Origin: Chiloscyllium plagiosum | Taxonomy: Eukaryota | DNA: 45,757 nucleotides | Assembly: GCF_004010195.1 (NCBI RefSeq) | Contig: NC_057720.1 | Location: 25,356,111-25,401,867 of the forward strand | Direction of reading: 5' to 3' | Part shown: positions 23,801 through 36,017 of the stretch, piece by piece | How positions within the stretch are numbered: position 1 is the stretch's first letter | Layout of the letters: each line of letters opens with the position of its first letter | Position numbers and translations under genes: made by a program | Notes under the pieces: generated by a model | Database searches by the model: none | What the model saw: the letters and a program-made list of their open reading frames with translations, nothing else | Told to the model about the DNA's origin: nothing

Positions 23801-25442
23801 GTGGATTAGTGTACCATTCTCAGAAAATGGCAGCTACTGCACTAAACAGGAGGTAAGGCTTTGGCACAGATGTCACGCCATTTGAAATTTTGTTTAAAAA
23901 AAAATTGGAGGAAGCTAATTGCTAGTTGTTTCTTCCCTGATCAGGGTCAAAAAGATGGGTTCCAGTCCAGATCAGAATACTTGGCCCAATAAATTGTCCA
24001 CATTGGAAGGTGAGGATCTCATTCATCGAAATGATCTGTTTATATATCTGTAATATTCACTGAAATTTCAGAAGTATGTTTTATAGAAGAAATTGTTAAT
24101 TTGGTAGACTTGATAAAACATCATTGAATTAGCTCAGAATCTCAATTACCTAAAAGTGGATATCTTGACTTTTACAATTAGTCAGTGTAAAGTCAGCTTA
24201 TTTGTTTTAATGCAGTGATACAATACAAGAAGTGTTTCCCCTGTGCTGTGGCCCAAATAAACAGCATCTTATTGTAATTGTAATTATGTGTTCTTTGCCT
24301 CAAATTTCTGTCTGAAAAACTAGGGATTGCTGTGATGTCATCTATTGTACAAGAACCTGTGTGGAAATAGCTTAATTGTGGATTTTTTAAAAAAGAAAAC
24401 ATTTTATCTCTTTTTTTTCTGAAGTGCATATTTTCTTTAAAAAATATTGTACTATCTTTCTTCATTAGATGGTCAATCTCCTGTCTCAGAAAGAGATCGC
24501 CTTTGCTATTTATTTTGAAAACCGAAAACATGTTTGTTTTCCAGGTCATTCGAAAACAAAATATAAGAAGGAAATATCACCTGCGTAAGCAGCAACTTCA
24601 CTGAAAGGCAATTGCACTTTAATGTGTCAGCACACTTTACCATATGCTAGTCACTACAAATTTTTCTCTCTTGGAATGATCTGCTACAAGATACAGCTCC
24701 TCATCACTGGAGAGCACCTTTCTGTACATATATTGGCAGTTGGCAGCATGTTAGTAAAACTCTGCCTACTTTATTTCTGTGCTCTGTCAGATATATTCTG
24801 CATTACAACCAAGATCTGCATGTTATATTGAAACTGTACTGGCTTCAAAATAAATGATACTGAATTCAATATCCTTTAACTTATGAATACATTTATCTCT
24901 CTGTACCTAAAAGACATACTTTACAGGAACTGACGTCTATTTGTTAAAGACACAAATCATTGTGAATGAGTACTTAGAAACAAAAGAGAAAGATTGTAAT
25001 TTCTTGCTGGATTTTTGACCTTCAGAAAGAGATAGGAATTTATAAAGCATTCATCAATTTACAAAGAATCAATGATCTGCTTTTTTTTTCTAATCCTATA
25101 TATTCTCTAATTGCTTGTTCACAACAAGTAAACTTCATGATTTAGCATTCAGTTCCATGGTTGTAGGTAGAACAATGTGTTATTTATTAGACATTGTAGT
25201 GCTCTAGTCCTTATAAAACAGAGTGTCCTCCAAGTTACCATGGGCAAACTCTTCAAGCGAACCTTCTAATATATAATTGTGTGGTCTGTGCTGAATTTGT
25301 CGCAAAGGAATTAAAGGAGAATACATTGACAGTAAAATGGTTTGTTTGTGTATCCAGTGGAAACAGCATATTAATAAGGATCAACATAAATTATGGCAAT
25401 ACCTCATGATAAACTGGGTCAGGTTTAAAAAGTTATATTATA

Positions 25443-26070
25443 GGGATGTGATGACCGAGTACTAATGTATTTGGACTAGTAATCCAGAGAGGCAGGCTAA
25501 TGTTCTGGGAGCATGGGTTTGAATCCCATCATGGCTGATAGTGAAATTTGAATCCAATAAAATCCAGAATTAAATGTTATCTTTTTAAAAAATTCATTTG
25601 TAGAATGTGGTCATTGCTGGCTGAACAGCATTTATTGCCCACCCTGAGTTGCCCTATTGAAGATGGTAGTGAGTTGCTTCCTTGAACTGCTGCAGTCCAC
25701 CTGCTGTGGGTTGACCCACAATGCCATTAGGGAGGGAATTCCACGATTTTGGCCCAGTGACAGTGAAGGAATGGAGATATATTTCCAAATCAGGATGATG
25801 AGGGGGACTTGAAGGTTGTGATGTTCCCATATATCTACTGTATAACCATTGTCACTTAAAAAAAATCTTTCACTAATGACTTTTAGGGAAGGAAATCTGC
25901 TTTCCTTAAATGATCTGGCCTACTTGTGACTTCAGATCTTGTGAAATGTGCTTGACTTATAACTAGCCCCTGATAAAGCCTGATAGACCTCTCAGTTCAA
26001 GTACAGTTAGGGATGGGTCACAAATTTGGCCAGAACAGCAATGCTTAAATCCTACACAAAAATAAAAAAA
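25443..26070 (+). mobile_element. tRNA-derived SINE with a nested antisense L2 3' end (~25580-25842)
   Basis: ggactagtaatccagag..gggtttgaatccc head; insert cagcatttattgccc..ttcttgaactgctgcagtcca. Confidence 0.75.
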
Positions 26071-26447
26071 AGTATATAATGAAAGGCCATTGTTGGGTTG
26101 TGTTCTTGCACTTTGTAGGTTATTAACATGTAATTCATTCTGAATTTGTTGCTAGTTGAATCGGGTGTGCGAGATTTCTAGATCAAATAGGTTTGCAGCA
26201 AAGAGCTCCAAATTAGCTACACACTGGCAATAATTAAGAAAACATATGGTTAAATGCTATTTAATTCACACAAGCAGAGTTATTTTGTGGTTCTCAATTG
26301 TGGATGTAATCATGTACAAGAGGATCAAGAACACATCAATCTTATTTTTTAAAAACTCTGTGTTGTTTGTAGTTGAAGTTATTGTTAATTAAGTTCTTCC
26401 TGAAACAAGTAACACAATTAAAATGGGGATTTAACTGGCTATTTTAT

Positions 26448-27480
26448 AGAACACAGAACATTATAGTACAGTACAGGCCCTTCGGCCCTTGATGTTGCGC
26501 CGCCCTGTGAAACCAATCTGAAGCCCATCTAACTACACTATTCCATTCTCATCCATATGCCTTTCCAATGACCATTTCAATGCCTGTCAAGGTGAGTCTA
26601 CAACTGTTACAGGCAGTGCGTTCAACGCCCCTACTACTCTTTGAGTAAAGAAACTACCTCTGACATTTGTCCTATATCTATCACTCCTCAATGTGAAGTT
26701 ATGCCCCCTTGCCCTAGCCATCATCATTCTCAGAAAAAGGCTCTCAATGTCCATCTGATCTAACCTTCTGATTATCTTATATGTCTCAATTAAGTCATCT
26801 TTCAACCTTCTTCTCTGTAACAAAAACAGCCTCAAGTCCCTCAGGCTTTCCTCTTAAGACCTTCCCTTCATACCAGGCAACATCCTAGTAAATCTCCTCT
26901 GAACCCTTTCCAAAGCTTCCACATCCTTCCTATAATGTGGTGACCAGAACTACATGCAATACTCCAAGTGCAGCCACACCAGAAGTTTGTACAGCTGCAA
27001 CATGACCTCATGGTTCCGAAACAATAAAAGCCAACACACCGTCTACCTTCTTAACAGCCCTATCAACCTGCGTGGCAACTTGGAGGGATTTAGGTACATG
27101 GACACCGAGATCTCTCTGCTCATCTACACTACCAACAATCTTACCATTCGCCCAGTACTCTGCATTCCTTACTCCTTCCAAAGTGAATCACCTCACACTT
27201 TTCTGCATTAAACTTCATTTGCATTCCTGATTAAGGGCTTTTACCTGAAACGTCAATTTTCCTGCTCCTCGGATACTGCCTGACCGGCTGTGCTTTTCCA
27301 GCACCGCTCTAATCTAGACTCTGATTTCCAGCATCTGCAGTCCTCACTTTTGCCTAGTCCATTTGCCAAATCTCTGCCCAGCTCTGCAACTTATCTATGT
27401 CCCTCTGTAACCTATAACATCCTTTGGCATTATCCACAACTGGACTGACCTTAGTGTCGTCCACAAATTTACTAACCCAG
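26448..27480 (-). mobile_element. CR1 3' fragment
   Basis: DLIETYKI, RGHNF, FFTQRVV; FVDDTK near 27460; agaaca tail. Confidence 0.9.
27223..27357 (+). mobile_element. Penelope 3' fragment nested in CR1
   Basis: CTGATTA-A-GGGC-tttt-ACCT-GAAACGTC; TSD t(t/c)catttgc at 27214-27222 and 27358-27366. Confidence 0.85.
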
Positions 27481-27854
27481 AAATGTTAGCAAACTTTATG
27501 TGTGTGCCAGGAGCTGGTGAAGCGTTCATTGGCGTGAATTCTCATTTCCCACATTGTACCTCAGCAAACATAACATTGAAAAGCAACTGAACATACCTGA
27601 TACAACAAAAACCGGCTGTAGTGCTGAAGACCCATCTACCATAGGCAGTTGCTCCGTAATTCAACAATTGCACTATAGCTATGATATTGACATCAGCCTA
27701 AGAATTTGGAAGATTAGAAGATTATCCTATCCTCGGAGGTAGGATAATTCTAATTCAGTATTGATCTATCAGCCACATCTCATTCACCAGTCACCAGCAG
27801 TGCAAAACGCAGATCTACTCAACAATAAACTGTTCACTGGGCTCCCACTGCAGG

Positions 27855-27992
27855 TTTTTCTGAGGAAGGATCACTGGTCCTGAAACATTAACTCTGATTT
27901 CTCTCCATTGATGCTGTCAGACCTGCTGAGCTTTTCCAGCAATTTCTTTTTTTTTCTGATTTCCAGCATTCTTAGTTGTTTTGGGTTTTTTT
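27855..27992 (+). mobile_element. Penelope half-hairpin with intact hammerhead core
   Basis: CTGAGGA (27860)-[AGGATC-act-GGTCCT]-GAAA-CA-TT-AAC; gatgctgtcagacctgctgag. Confidence 0.75.
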
Positions 27993-30013
27993 CACCTCAG
28001 ATCCATTCAGTTCCAGAGTTTTAGTTGATTTTCATTCATACTTGGACTGAAAATCCAAGAGAAGGAGGGAGATTGGCACTCATTGACATAAAAGCTGCAT
28101 TGAATCAAACAAACCATTAAGAATGAGGACGCTGTTGCTTTACTAAAAATTAAGTCAGTGAGGGTTCTCTATTGATTGTAGTCACACAGTCAATTTTGGA
28201 GGCAAACTGTAATGGCTCCTTTGTATCGCTGTTGAGTTCCTCAGAGAAATAAGATCAGCTTAACATTCTTTCACAGCATTACCTCTTTGGGCTAGGTATG
28301 GAGCTTTTCCTCCTGTACCCAGCTTAACTTGAAGTGGACAAAGGCTCTGATTCCACAATATTATCTCAGAAATGTCATTAATTTAAAACCTTCCATATCT
28401 AGATCAGACCCAGACTGAAATGTCACAGTAAAACCTTGAGTTATTCTGAGCGACTATGTGTTGTTTATCGTTCCAAAGTGTAATACACTTCCATTCTGTG
28501 ACATAGGAACTACCCCCTCCTCCATCAAACTCTTGTCCCCAATTTCTTGTTTTCACAGACTGAGGAGCATTTTTGGCAAGTCTGATTTCAGTACAAATCA
28601 GGTTCCCTCACACGTTTTCTCAAGAGTCAAACCGATATCATATTAAATTCAGTGCAGATAGGATGACTGGAAAGCGAACAGGTTGGTGATGTGAAATGGC
28701 TTATTAAGTGTATTTGGCTTGTGACTACATCCGTCACAATAAGATGGATACTAGACAGCGTAAATATATTGAGAAATGAGCCCGCCTTGGCTGGTTTTGT
28801 TAAACATAACATATCTTTTAGAAATAGTTTCTTCTTTTGAGGCTCTGCTTATCGAACCGGGAAATTGAAAAAGGCTGCAACATTTATTGTGTGTTGTTCC
28901 TAATCAGTTCTGTCATACAATGACAGAAACATACATAGTTATTGATTTCTACTTGGCATGTACCTTGTAGGGAGCCTTTCATCCAATGATTATGAGTAGT
29001 TAGTAACAAAGGCACGGAAGAGTCCTCTAAAAATGGCCGAACATCCTGTGATCCGAATGATTGAGTATTATTATATAATAACTAAGTGCAGTAAACTTGT
29101 CTGATCACTTTGGGATCAGGCAAATGTGAATGGTTTGCCTCCCTCTACCCCACTGTAGTGATTCCAAAATATTTGCGGGTGTGGTTGGTATATACTGTAG
29201 TTGGGTGTGGGAGAGAGGTTGGCAAATATTGCAGGAATCTTTTTGTGGAAGAACCAAACCTTTCCCTTTTTATTTAAGCCAAACATAGGCAAAATATATA
29301 CAAGTCAAGACTTCATCTCTGCCACGAGGATGTTAGAGACAGCCATCTTCCAGTTGTCATGCAACCTTGCATCACTTCCCAATGATGAAATAACCCATCA
29401 TATTTACACATTCGCACTAACCATTTACAGGGTTGGAGGCACCAATATACATTGGCCAGTGCTCACAGCATGCAAAATAAAGATTTGTATAGGTCCTAAT
29501 CTCAGGTATCAGAAACATTTCATGAATTACTTTGAAAGGTAACATCTATTATAATGGAGGGAGACGCTTCACAGTTTTGTGTCCAATAGCATCCAAACAT
29601 ATAACAACGTGTTTAAAGACAATACATTTTCTTTAATGAAGGAAGAATAATGAACCTCCCATAGTGTGAATTATTTTTCAATTTCTACAATCAGCTACAA
29701 ACCACTGCATAAGGAAAGAGGCCCTTCATTTAATGTCATATTCAAAGAACAATGGGGTGAATTGGGCTTGCTGAGTGGATACTTGGTCACCAGGGTGGGA
29801 GATCTGACCAATTAGGAGAACCAGACCTCCAGCGAGCTGCAGTCAGAGATTGAGTGGCAGTGTGCTGGCTCCTGAGTCACTGCTTATTATTGGGAACCCT
29901 CGCGATCTCTGACCCTAACCAAGTGGGAGGAGAAAAGAAGGCCTGAAGTCTGGTAGGTGGGTTAGTCAGAGCAGTACTGGCATCAACCATTTCTTTGCTG
30001 CAACATTCCTACT

Positions 30014-30157
30014 GACTGTAGGGAGTGCAGATGCTGGAAGTCAAAGTCAATAGATGTGAGGCTGGAAAAGCACTGCAGGTCGGACAGTCTCTGAGGAGCA
30101 GGAGAGTCAGCGTTTTGGGTCGTAATCCAAACCTAAGCAGCCCCCTCCCCCAACCCC
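30014..30157 (-). mobile_element. Penelope 3' fragment with 10-bp TSD
   Basis: tgcagatgctgg..ctggaaaagcac..gaggagcaggagagtc; TSD cattcctact at 30004-30013 and 30158-30167. Confidence 0.8.
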
Positions 30158-30454
30158 CATTCCTACTTCCTGTCTTCTGGTAAATAAAGGGAACATATTG
30201 AGATCCTCTTGAGCTAGGTATTGGTTGGAGTCTTGGAATTGCATGCTTCACCAAATTCAATGAAGAAATGACACTTGAGATCCTATGTTTATTATTTTAA
30301 CTGGACCTGCTGCTATTTCAAATGGCATTTGAAGTGCAGCACAAGGCCTGGGGTGAGTAGGGACTATTGTTATTGGCCATCAGTTTAGTGACATTTCCCT
30401 CATGGAAACTTAGCCCAATGCTCCCCGTAATAGCCAAAATTCTTGTACAAGTGT

Positions 30455-31072
30455 AATAGAACAAAGAACTGTGGATGCTGAAGATCTGCAAGAAGCTTAA
30501 ACAGAAATTGCTGGAGAAACTCAGCAGGTCGAGCAGCATCCTTGGAGAGAAAACAGAAAACAGTTTTGAAGAAGGGTCACAGGACTCAAAATGGTAATGC
30601 TGTTTTCCCTCTACAGGTGCTACAAGAACTGCTGAATTTCTCATAGAATCATAGAATCCCTACAGTGCAGAAAGAAGCCATTTGACCCATTGAGTTAGCA
30701 CTGACCCTCTGTTATTTATAAAAGAGAACGCCTTTCCACAATAGTAGGGAGTTCTGAAAAATCAGGCAAAAAGTCAAGTTGAGTCCACTGAGTATCCCAC
30801 CCATACCCAGCTCCCTACCCTACCCCTGTAACCCCGTATTACCCATGGCTAATCCACCTAGCCTGCACACTCCAGCCAATTTAGCATTGCCAATCTGCCT
30901 ATCCTGTACATCTTTGAACTGAGGGAGGAACCTGGAGCAAACAGCAGAATCCCATGCAGACACGGGGAGAATGTGCAAATTCCACAGACAGTCGCCTGAG
31001 GTTAGAATCGAACCTAACACTGTGAGTCACTCTGCTGCCCATTCTCCAACAATGTCTGTTTTTGTTTGTTTT
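30455..31072. mobile_element. Penelope hairpin element split by a V-SINE
   Basis: Left arm aaacagaaattgctggagaaactcagcagg; right arm ctgctgaatttctc|caacaatgtctgtttttg resumes after the SINE. Confidence 0.7.
30643..31040 (-). mobile_element. V-SINE variant with (atagaatc)n tail
   Basis: cagacacggggagaatgtgcaaattccaca (reverse V domain); flanked by ttctc repeats. Confidence 0.85.
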
Positions 31073-31579
31073 TGAATCTACAACTACCCTATTCAGAAAC
31101 AGAGTATGTTATTAACTGAGCTCTGCTAATGCTTCAAAGCTCAGTACTTGGGTCATGTATTTACACGGAACCAATAGCTCAACACTCCAGTATTCCCTGC
31201 AGAATAAAGTTGTAGGTCAGCTAACAGACTCCAAACAAAACTGCCCAAGCCCATAAGGTTTGGGTTGGTTAAAATACTGCAGAGTGGGACTTTTGCCTGT
31301 CAGTATCAGTAGTCCCAGCCTTTTGGAGATGCAGGGTTAGACCAGATTGGCAGCTCCAACGGTCCTGGCAATACCAGACCTCGGTAATGAGCACTGTTGG
31401 GATTACAATCAGTCCCAAGAAGAAGGCCCAATGGAATCCTGGACTTGGCTAAGTCCAGGGAATTGGCAGAGGGGGGATTGCCCTTTTGAGTGGGTTTGTA
31501 GTGTGCATTTTAAAGCTCATGCAGGGAATGGGGGTGGGATACTATTCTCTGAAGACACTGATATAGCGATAAGGTGAGA

Positions 31580-31780
31580 ATTTTAAAATTAAAGTGTTGT
31601 TGGACTAGAAATCTATATGATCTAGGTTAATGAAAGCTGAGGTGATAAGCGAGCAGGACTTGGTGACTGATAGATCCCTGTCCATTGAAGGTACTAAGGG
31701 GTAGAGGCAGGAGTCAGACCACAGATTGAGCCGTGATCCCACTAGATTGAGGGACTGAATGGCCTTCTCCTGTTCCTGGT
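31580..31780 (+). mobile_element. Old CR1 3' UTR
   Basis: gagccgtgatc..gactgaatggccttctcctgttcct. Confidence 0.6.
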
Positions 31781-32284
31781 GGAAGGTGACATTGATGACT
31801 TGTTATTTATAAAATAAATCACCTTTCCACAATAGCAGGAGGCCCCCAAAAAAAATCAGCTAAAAATGTCAAGGTGAGTTTGGCAGTAGGCAAGAGAGTT
31901 TCAGATGAGCTCAAGATTTGGCTGGTTGGCGGGGAGAAGTGGAAATGGCATGGCAGGGGTGGGGTGGAGTTGCTGGGAAAGCCGATGAGATGGAAGATGG
32001 GAAGCTGATCAGGACAGCATTGGAATGACCGAGTCCAGAGTTAACACCAGTATGAATAATAGTTACACCCAGTAGTTGAATGCACATTTATCTCTATGTT
32101 TGCACATGGAATCGGAAGCATTGTTTTTGATACAGCCAAAACAATTTGAAATGCAAGTTAGTGATTAGAAGTTGTGTCCTCTGTGTCCTAATCTTATCAC
32201 TGAGCTGGGTGTCAATGCTATAGCAGACAGCCTCAATGTGTGAGAAGTGATTTGGGAGCAGTTGTGGAAACCATTATGAATCAA

Positions 32285-32404
32285 CCAGAAAATGCTGGAT
32301 TCATGCAGCCTATCCAGCAGCATCTGTAAAGAGAGAAACAGAGCTACCATTCAAGATGATGCCTTTTTTGTCAGGTTTCCAGCATTTTTAGGATTTTGTT
32401 TTGC
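32285..32404. mobile_element. Penelope hairpin remnant
   Basis: aaaatgctgga..cagcatctgtaaagagagaaacagag..tccagcatttt. Confidence 0.6.
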
Positions 32405-33646
32405 CTTAGCGTGGGATCCATTCGTCTATTGTGCACTGAAGTTGACTTTGAAATGCAGGAGAGAAGAAAAACACTGAAGTTTCACAAGTGAAAGTGACTG
32501 GAAAGCTTTACAATAACATGCATAATAGATGTGGCTGTGAGGGAAGTGAGAACTCTCACTGCAGCTTTTCTAACAAATGTGCGTTTTGCTTTGCTTTATT
32601 GAAAGATGAAGCTGAAATACATCTGATTTGCTTCAATGTTCACCTAAAGACAAATTCCAAAATAGATTTTGAGCATTTTGAGCTAAAGAGCAGATGCTGT
32701 AAGTCGGTTTAGAAATCTATCACCATTATGGTTGTGAGGATTTAGTAGCCTTTGGGGGGCAATGGCATTTCAGTGTAAAACAGCTGGAGGTTGCAATTTA
32801 ATTGCTTTGATCTGCCTGTACTGCATCTTCCACTTGCAGTTTCTAATGTTAAAGGATCCTGCTGTGGCAAGAATTTCAAATCCTTTCCAGATATGCTTAC
32901 GTGGTTTTTGCCATATTCAACATGATTTCTCTGCAGATAGTAAGCTGCTCAAGCACAAACTGATGCTCTACTTTCCATTTCCCTCTGACTCTGGGGCCGG
33001 TCCCCTTGGTATGGCCTTCATCCCCAATCCCTGAAGTCCAACTGTTGCAGATCTGAATGTGTGTGGTGGTCTATCGGTTTAACCATCCATAGCCAAATGT
33101 GGCTGGCCATCATAAAGTTTTACTGATTTGATCTGCTCGCAATCCTAGAATTGTGCTGGAATGTGAAAGCAACAGGACCTCCAGCAGCACATAGCAATGG
33201 TAATGGAGGGCACTAAGCAGGGCAGCTTGAACAGTTGTGCCAGGACTTTTGGCTGCAGGTGGGTGATATGGGCACTCCCTAGAAATAATAGTGTATCTCT
33301 GGGAGAAGGAAGCCTGATGGAAAGAAGGGGCAGACAGTCAAAGTATTCCTTAATTCATTGGATATCACAGGCTTTGTTTCATGTGAATGTTTCCTTATTT
33401 AATCTTAATTTTTCTTCATGATCGTAATGGCCAGTCCAGAATCTGGGGGATTTACACTATCGCCAAGGCCAAAATGAACCCCCCCTCTGTTTTGCACAAG
33501 TTATTTACAAAGTGACAAGAGATGTGATGAGGAGTAATATGCAGCAAGTTTTTAGCTTTCTCTCCAATGCAACCTTGACAATAGGCTTTGTTCCAAGTCC
33601 TAAAATAATCAGTAAAGATCTTTCTTATATTTATATGCATGCACAG

Positions 33647-34307
33647 TGTGAAATGTAGGGTATGATTATTATGGACCTGACTAAACCTCCTCAAGCTATG
33701 TTGAGAAAATAGCCTTGACGCTAACTTTTTCTTATTTTAAAGTCAAGTGTTGGATTGGTCAAGCTTCCAGATTTGAAGTGTAACAAACTTTAATGATACA
33801 CTCAGTTAAAATACACCAAAAGAAAGAAGAAATTGGAATAACTTAACTCTATTGGAAAATCTAACAGAATAATAGATTATTTTACCATTAAGCAGTAACT
33901 GTTCTAATGTAGCAACATCCCATAAACACACCCCTGGCAAAAGGCAAGCTCAGAAAAATAGATTGTCTCCCAGGCAATCCTCCAGTCCAGGAGAGAAACA
34001 AAATATCAAGAGAAAGCTCTGAGAGAGAGAGAGAGAGTAGCGAGGAGAGGTGTACTGGAGCTTCCAAACACTCTTTCAAGATCCCAGCAACCATGACTGA
34101 AAATTACAACAAAAATCCTGGTTCTGTGGGAGCATGCCCCACTCATTCAGGCTGCTGCTGCTGTTCCTACATTTAAAAAGCCGCAAGGTCTCACAAGCTG
34201 TTTACTTTATGGGCTTTCAATAGACAGCTCGTCAGCTATTTCTTAAAACCTCTCTTCAAAAAAAAATTAGGACAAAATATACCTCCTAAAGCCAGAGTAT
34301 CATGAAA
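33647..34307 (-). mobile_element. Probable solo LTR
   Basis: Starts tgtg.. and ends ctaaagccagagtatcatga(a)a; flanks cacag/cacat are TSD-like; end similar to the terminus at 2541; internal (GA)n. Confidence 0.55.
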
Positions 34308-35870
34308 CACATGTCTTGTGAGTCACAACCATATTCAGTAAAACAACATGTCCACACTGTGCTGCACCCATCTCTATTGATTCATTGATACATTTACAGT
34401 TGAATGTGAAAGGATACAGGAGGAGGAGGTGAACATGTAGCTGAAGGAATGTTATAGGAAGGGTTCCACTAGTATTGGGATAGGGATTCCATTGGGATGG
34501 GCTTTACTTGAAACCAGGGTCCAAGCAGAAATGATAAGGAGGGCAGTCAGGACAATTTTATTAAATTGGAAAATAGTTATATAAATAATAGTTCTAAAAC
34601 AAATTAATGGAGAAGAGATTGAAACATTCAGAGATTGAAAGATTGAAACTTATGATCTAGTGAGATTAGTGGGAAGCCAAAGGATTGGAAAACCTTTACA
34701 AATCAACAGAGGACAACAAAAAATACAATAAGTGGAGAAAAGATGAAGTATGAGAGTAAGCAAGCTTGTAATATAAAAGAAAATTGCAAGAGTTTTTTAT
34801 AAGTAGAAAGCTAAGAGACAGGCAAGAATGGACATTGGACCACTGGAAAATGAGGCTGCCAAAATAGTAATGGGGGAGTAAAGAAACAACAGAGGAACTG
34901 AATTGATATGTTATAACTGTCTTCATGGTAGAAGACACAAGTAGCATATCAGGACATCAAGAGAATCAGGAGGCAGAGACGAGTGCAATTGCTTTGACTA
35001 AGGATCACGTGCTGGTAAAGCTGAAAGGTCTGAAGGTAGGTAAACCATTCAAAGTAGATGGAATACACCCCAGAGTCCTGAAGGAGACAGTTGAGGTGAT
35101 TGTCTCGGCACTGGTAGTGATCTTTCAGGAATCAGTGGAGTCAGGGAGAGTCCCAGAAGACTGGAAAATGGCTATTGTAACATCTCTTTTTAAGAAAGGA
35201 GGGAGACAGAAGACAAAAAACTATACGTTGGTCAGTCTAACCTTTGTTGTTGGTGGGATTTTAGAATACATTATTAAATCGAGTTTGCAGAGTAGTTGAA
35301 AGTGCATGGTAAAATAGGGCTGAGTCAGTATGACTTCGTCAAAGGGAGGTATGCCTGACAAATCTGTTAGAATTCTTTGAGGAGGTAATGAGCAAATTAG
35401 ACAAAGGAGAGCCAATGAACACGATCTATTTGGATTTCCAGAAGGCCTTTAACAAGATGCTGCAAAGGAGGCTGGAAAATAAGATAAGTGTTAGGGACAA
35501 GGTATTGGCTTAGATAGAGGATTTGTTCACTGGCAGAAGGCAGAGAGTGGTAATAAAGGGGTCTTTTTCAGGATGGCAACAGGTGATTAGTGGATTCCCT
35601 CAAAGATCAGTGTTGGGTTCATAACTATTCAGGTTATACATTAAAAATCTGGACAAAGGAACTGAGGGCATTGTTGTTAAGTTTGCAAATGATACAAAGA
35701 TAGGTGGAGGAAGTGTTGAGGAAGCAGGGAGTCTGCAGAAGGAACTTGGACAGGCGAGAAAAGTGGGCAAAGAAGTAACAGATAGAATACAATGTGAAAA
35801 AGTGTGAAGTTATGCACTTTGGTTGGAAGAATCCTAGTTCAGTATTCTAGTTCAGGTGGACTGCAGAGGT

Positions 35871-36017
35871 CTTACAATCTTATACTCCACAACCACCTGA
35901 TGAAGGAGCCGCGCTCCGAAAGCTAATACTTCCAATTAAACCTGTTGGACTATAACCTGGTATTGCGTGATTTTTAACTTTGTACACCCCAGTCCAACAC
36001 CAGCATCGCCAAATCAT
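35871..36017 (+). mobile_element. Penelope 3' end (second family) nested in the L2 tail
   Basis: ctgatgaaggagccgcgctccgaaagct..ttaaacctgttggactataacctgg; TSD gaggt at 35866-35870 and 36018-36022. Confidence 0.82.
35894..35928 (+). ncRNA. Minimal hammerhead ribozyme motif
   Basis: CTGATGA-A-[GGAGC-cgc-GCTCC]-GAAA-GC-TA; palindromic AGCT in place of helix III; stem I (CAC vs ATA) is disrupted. Confidence 0.65.
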
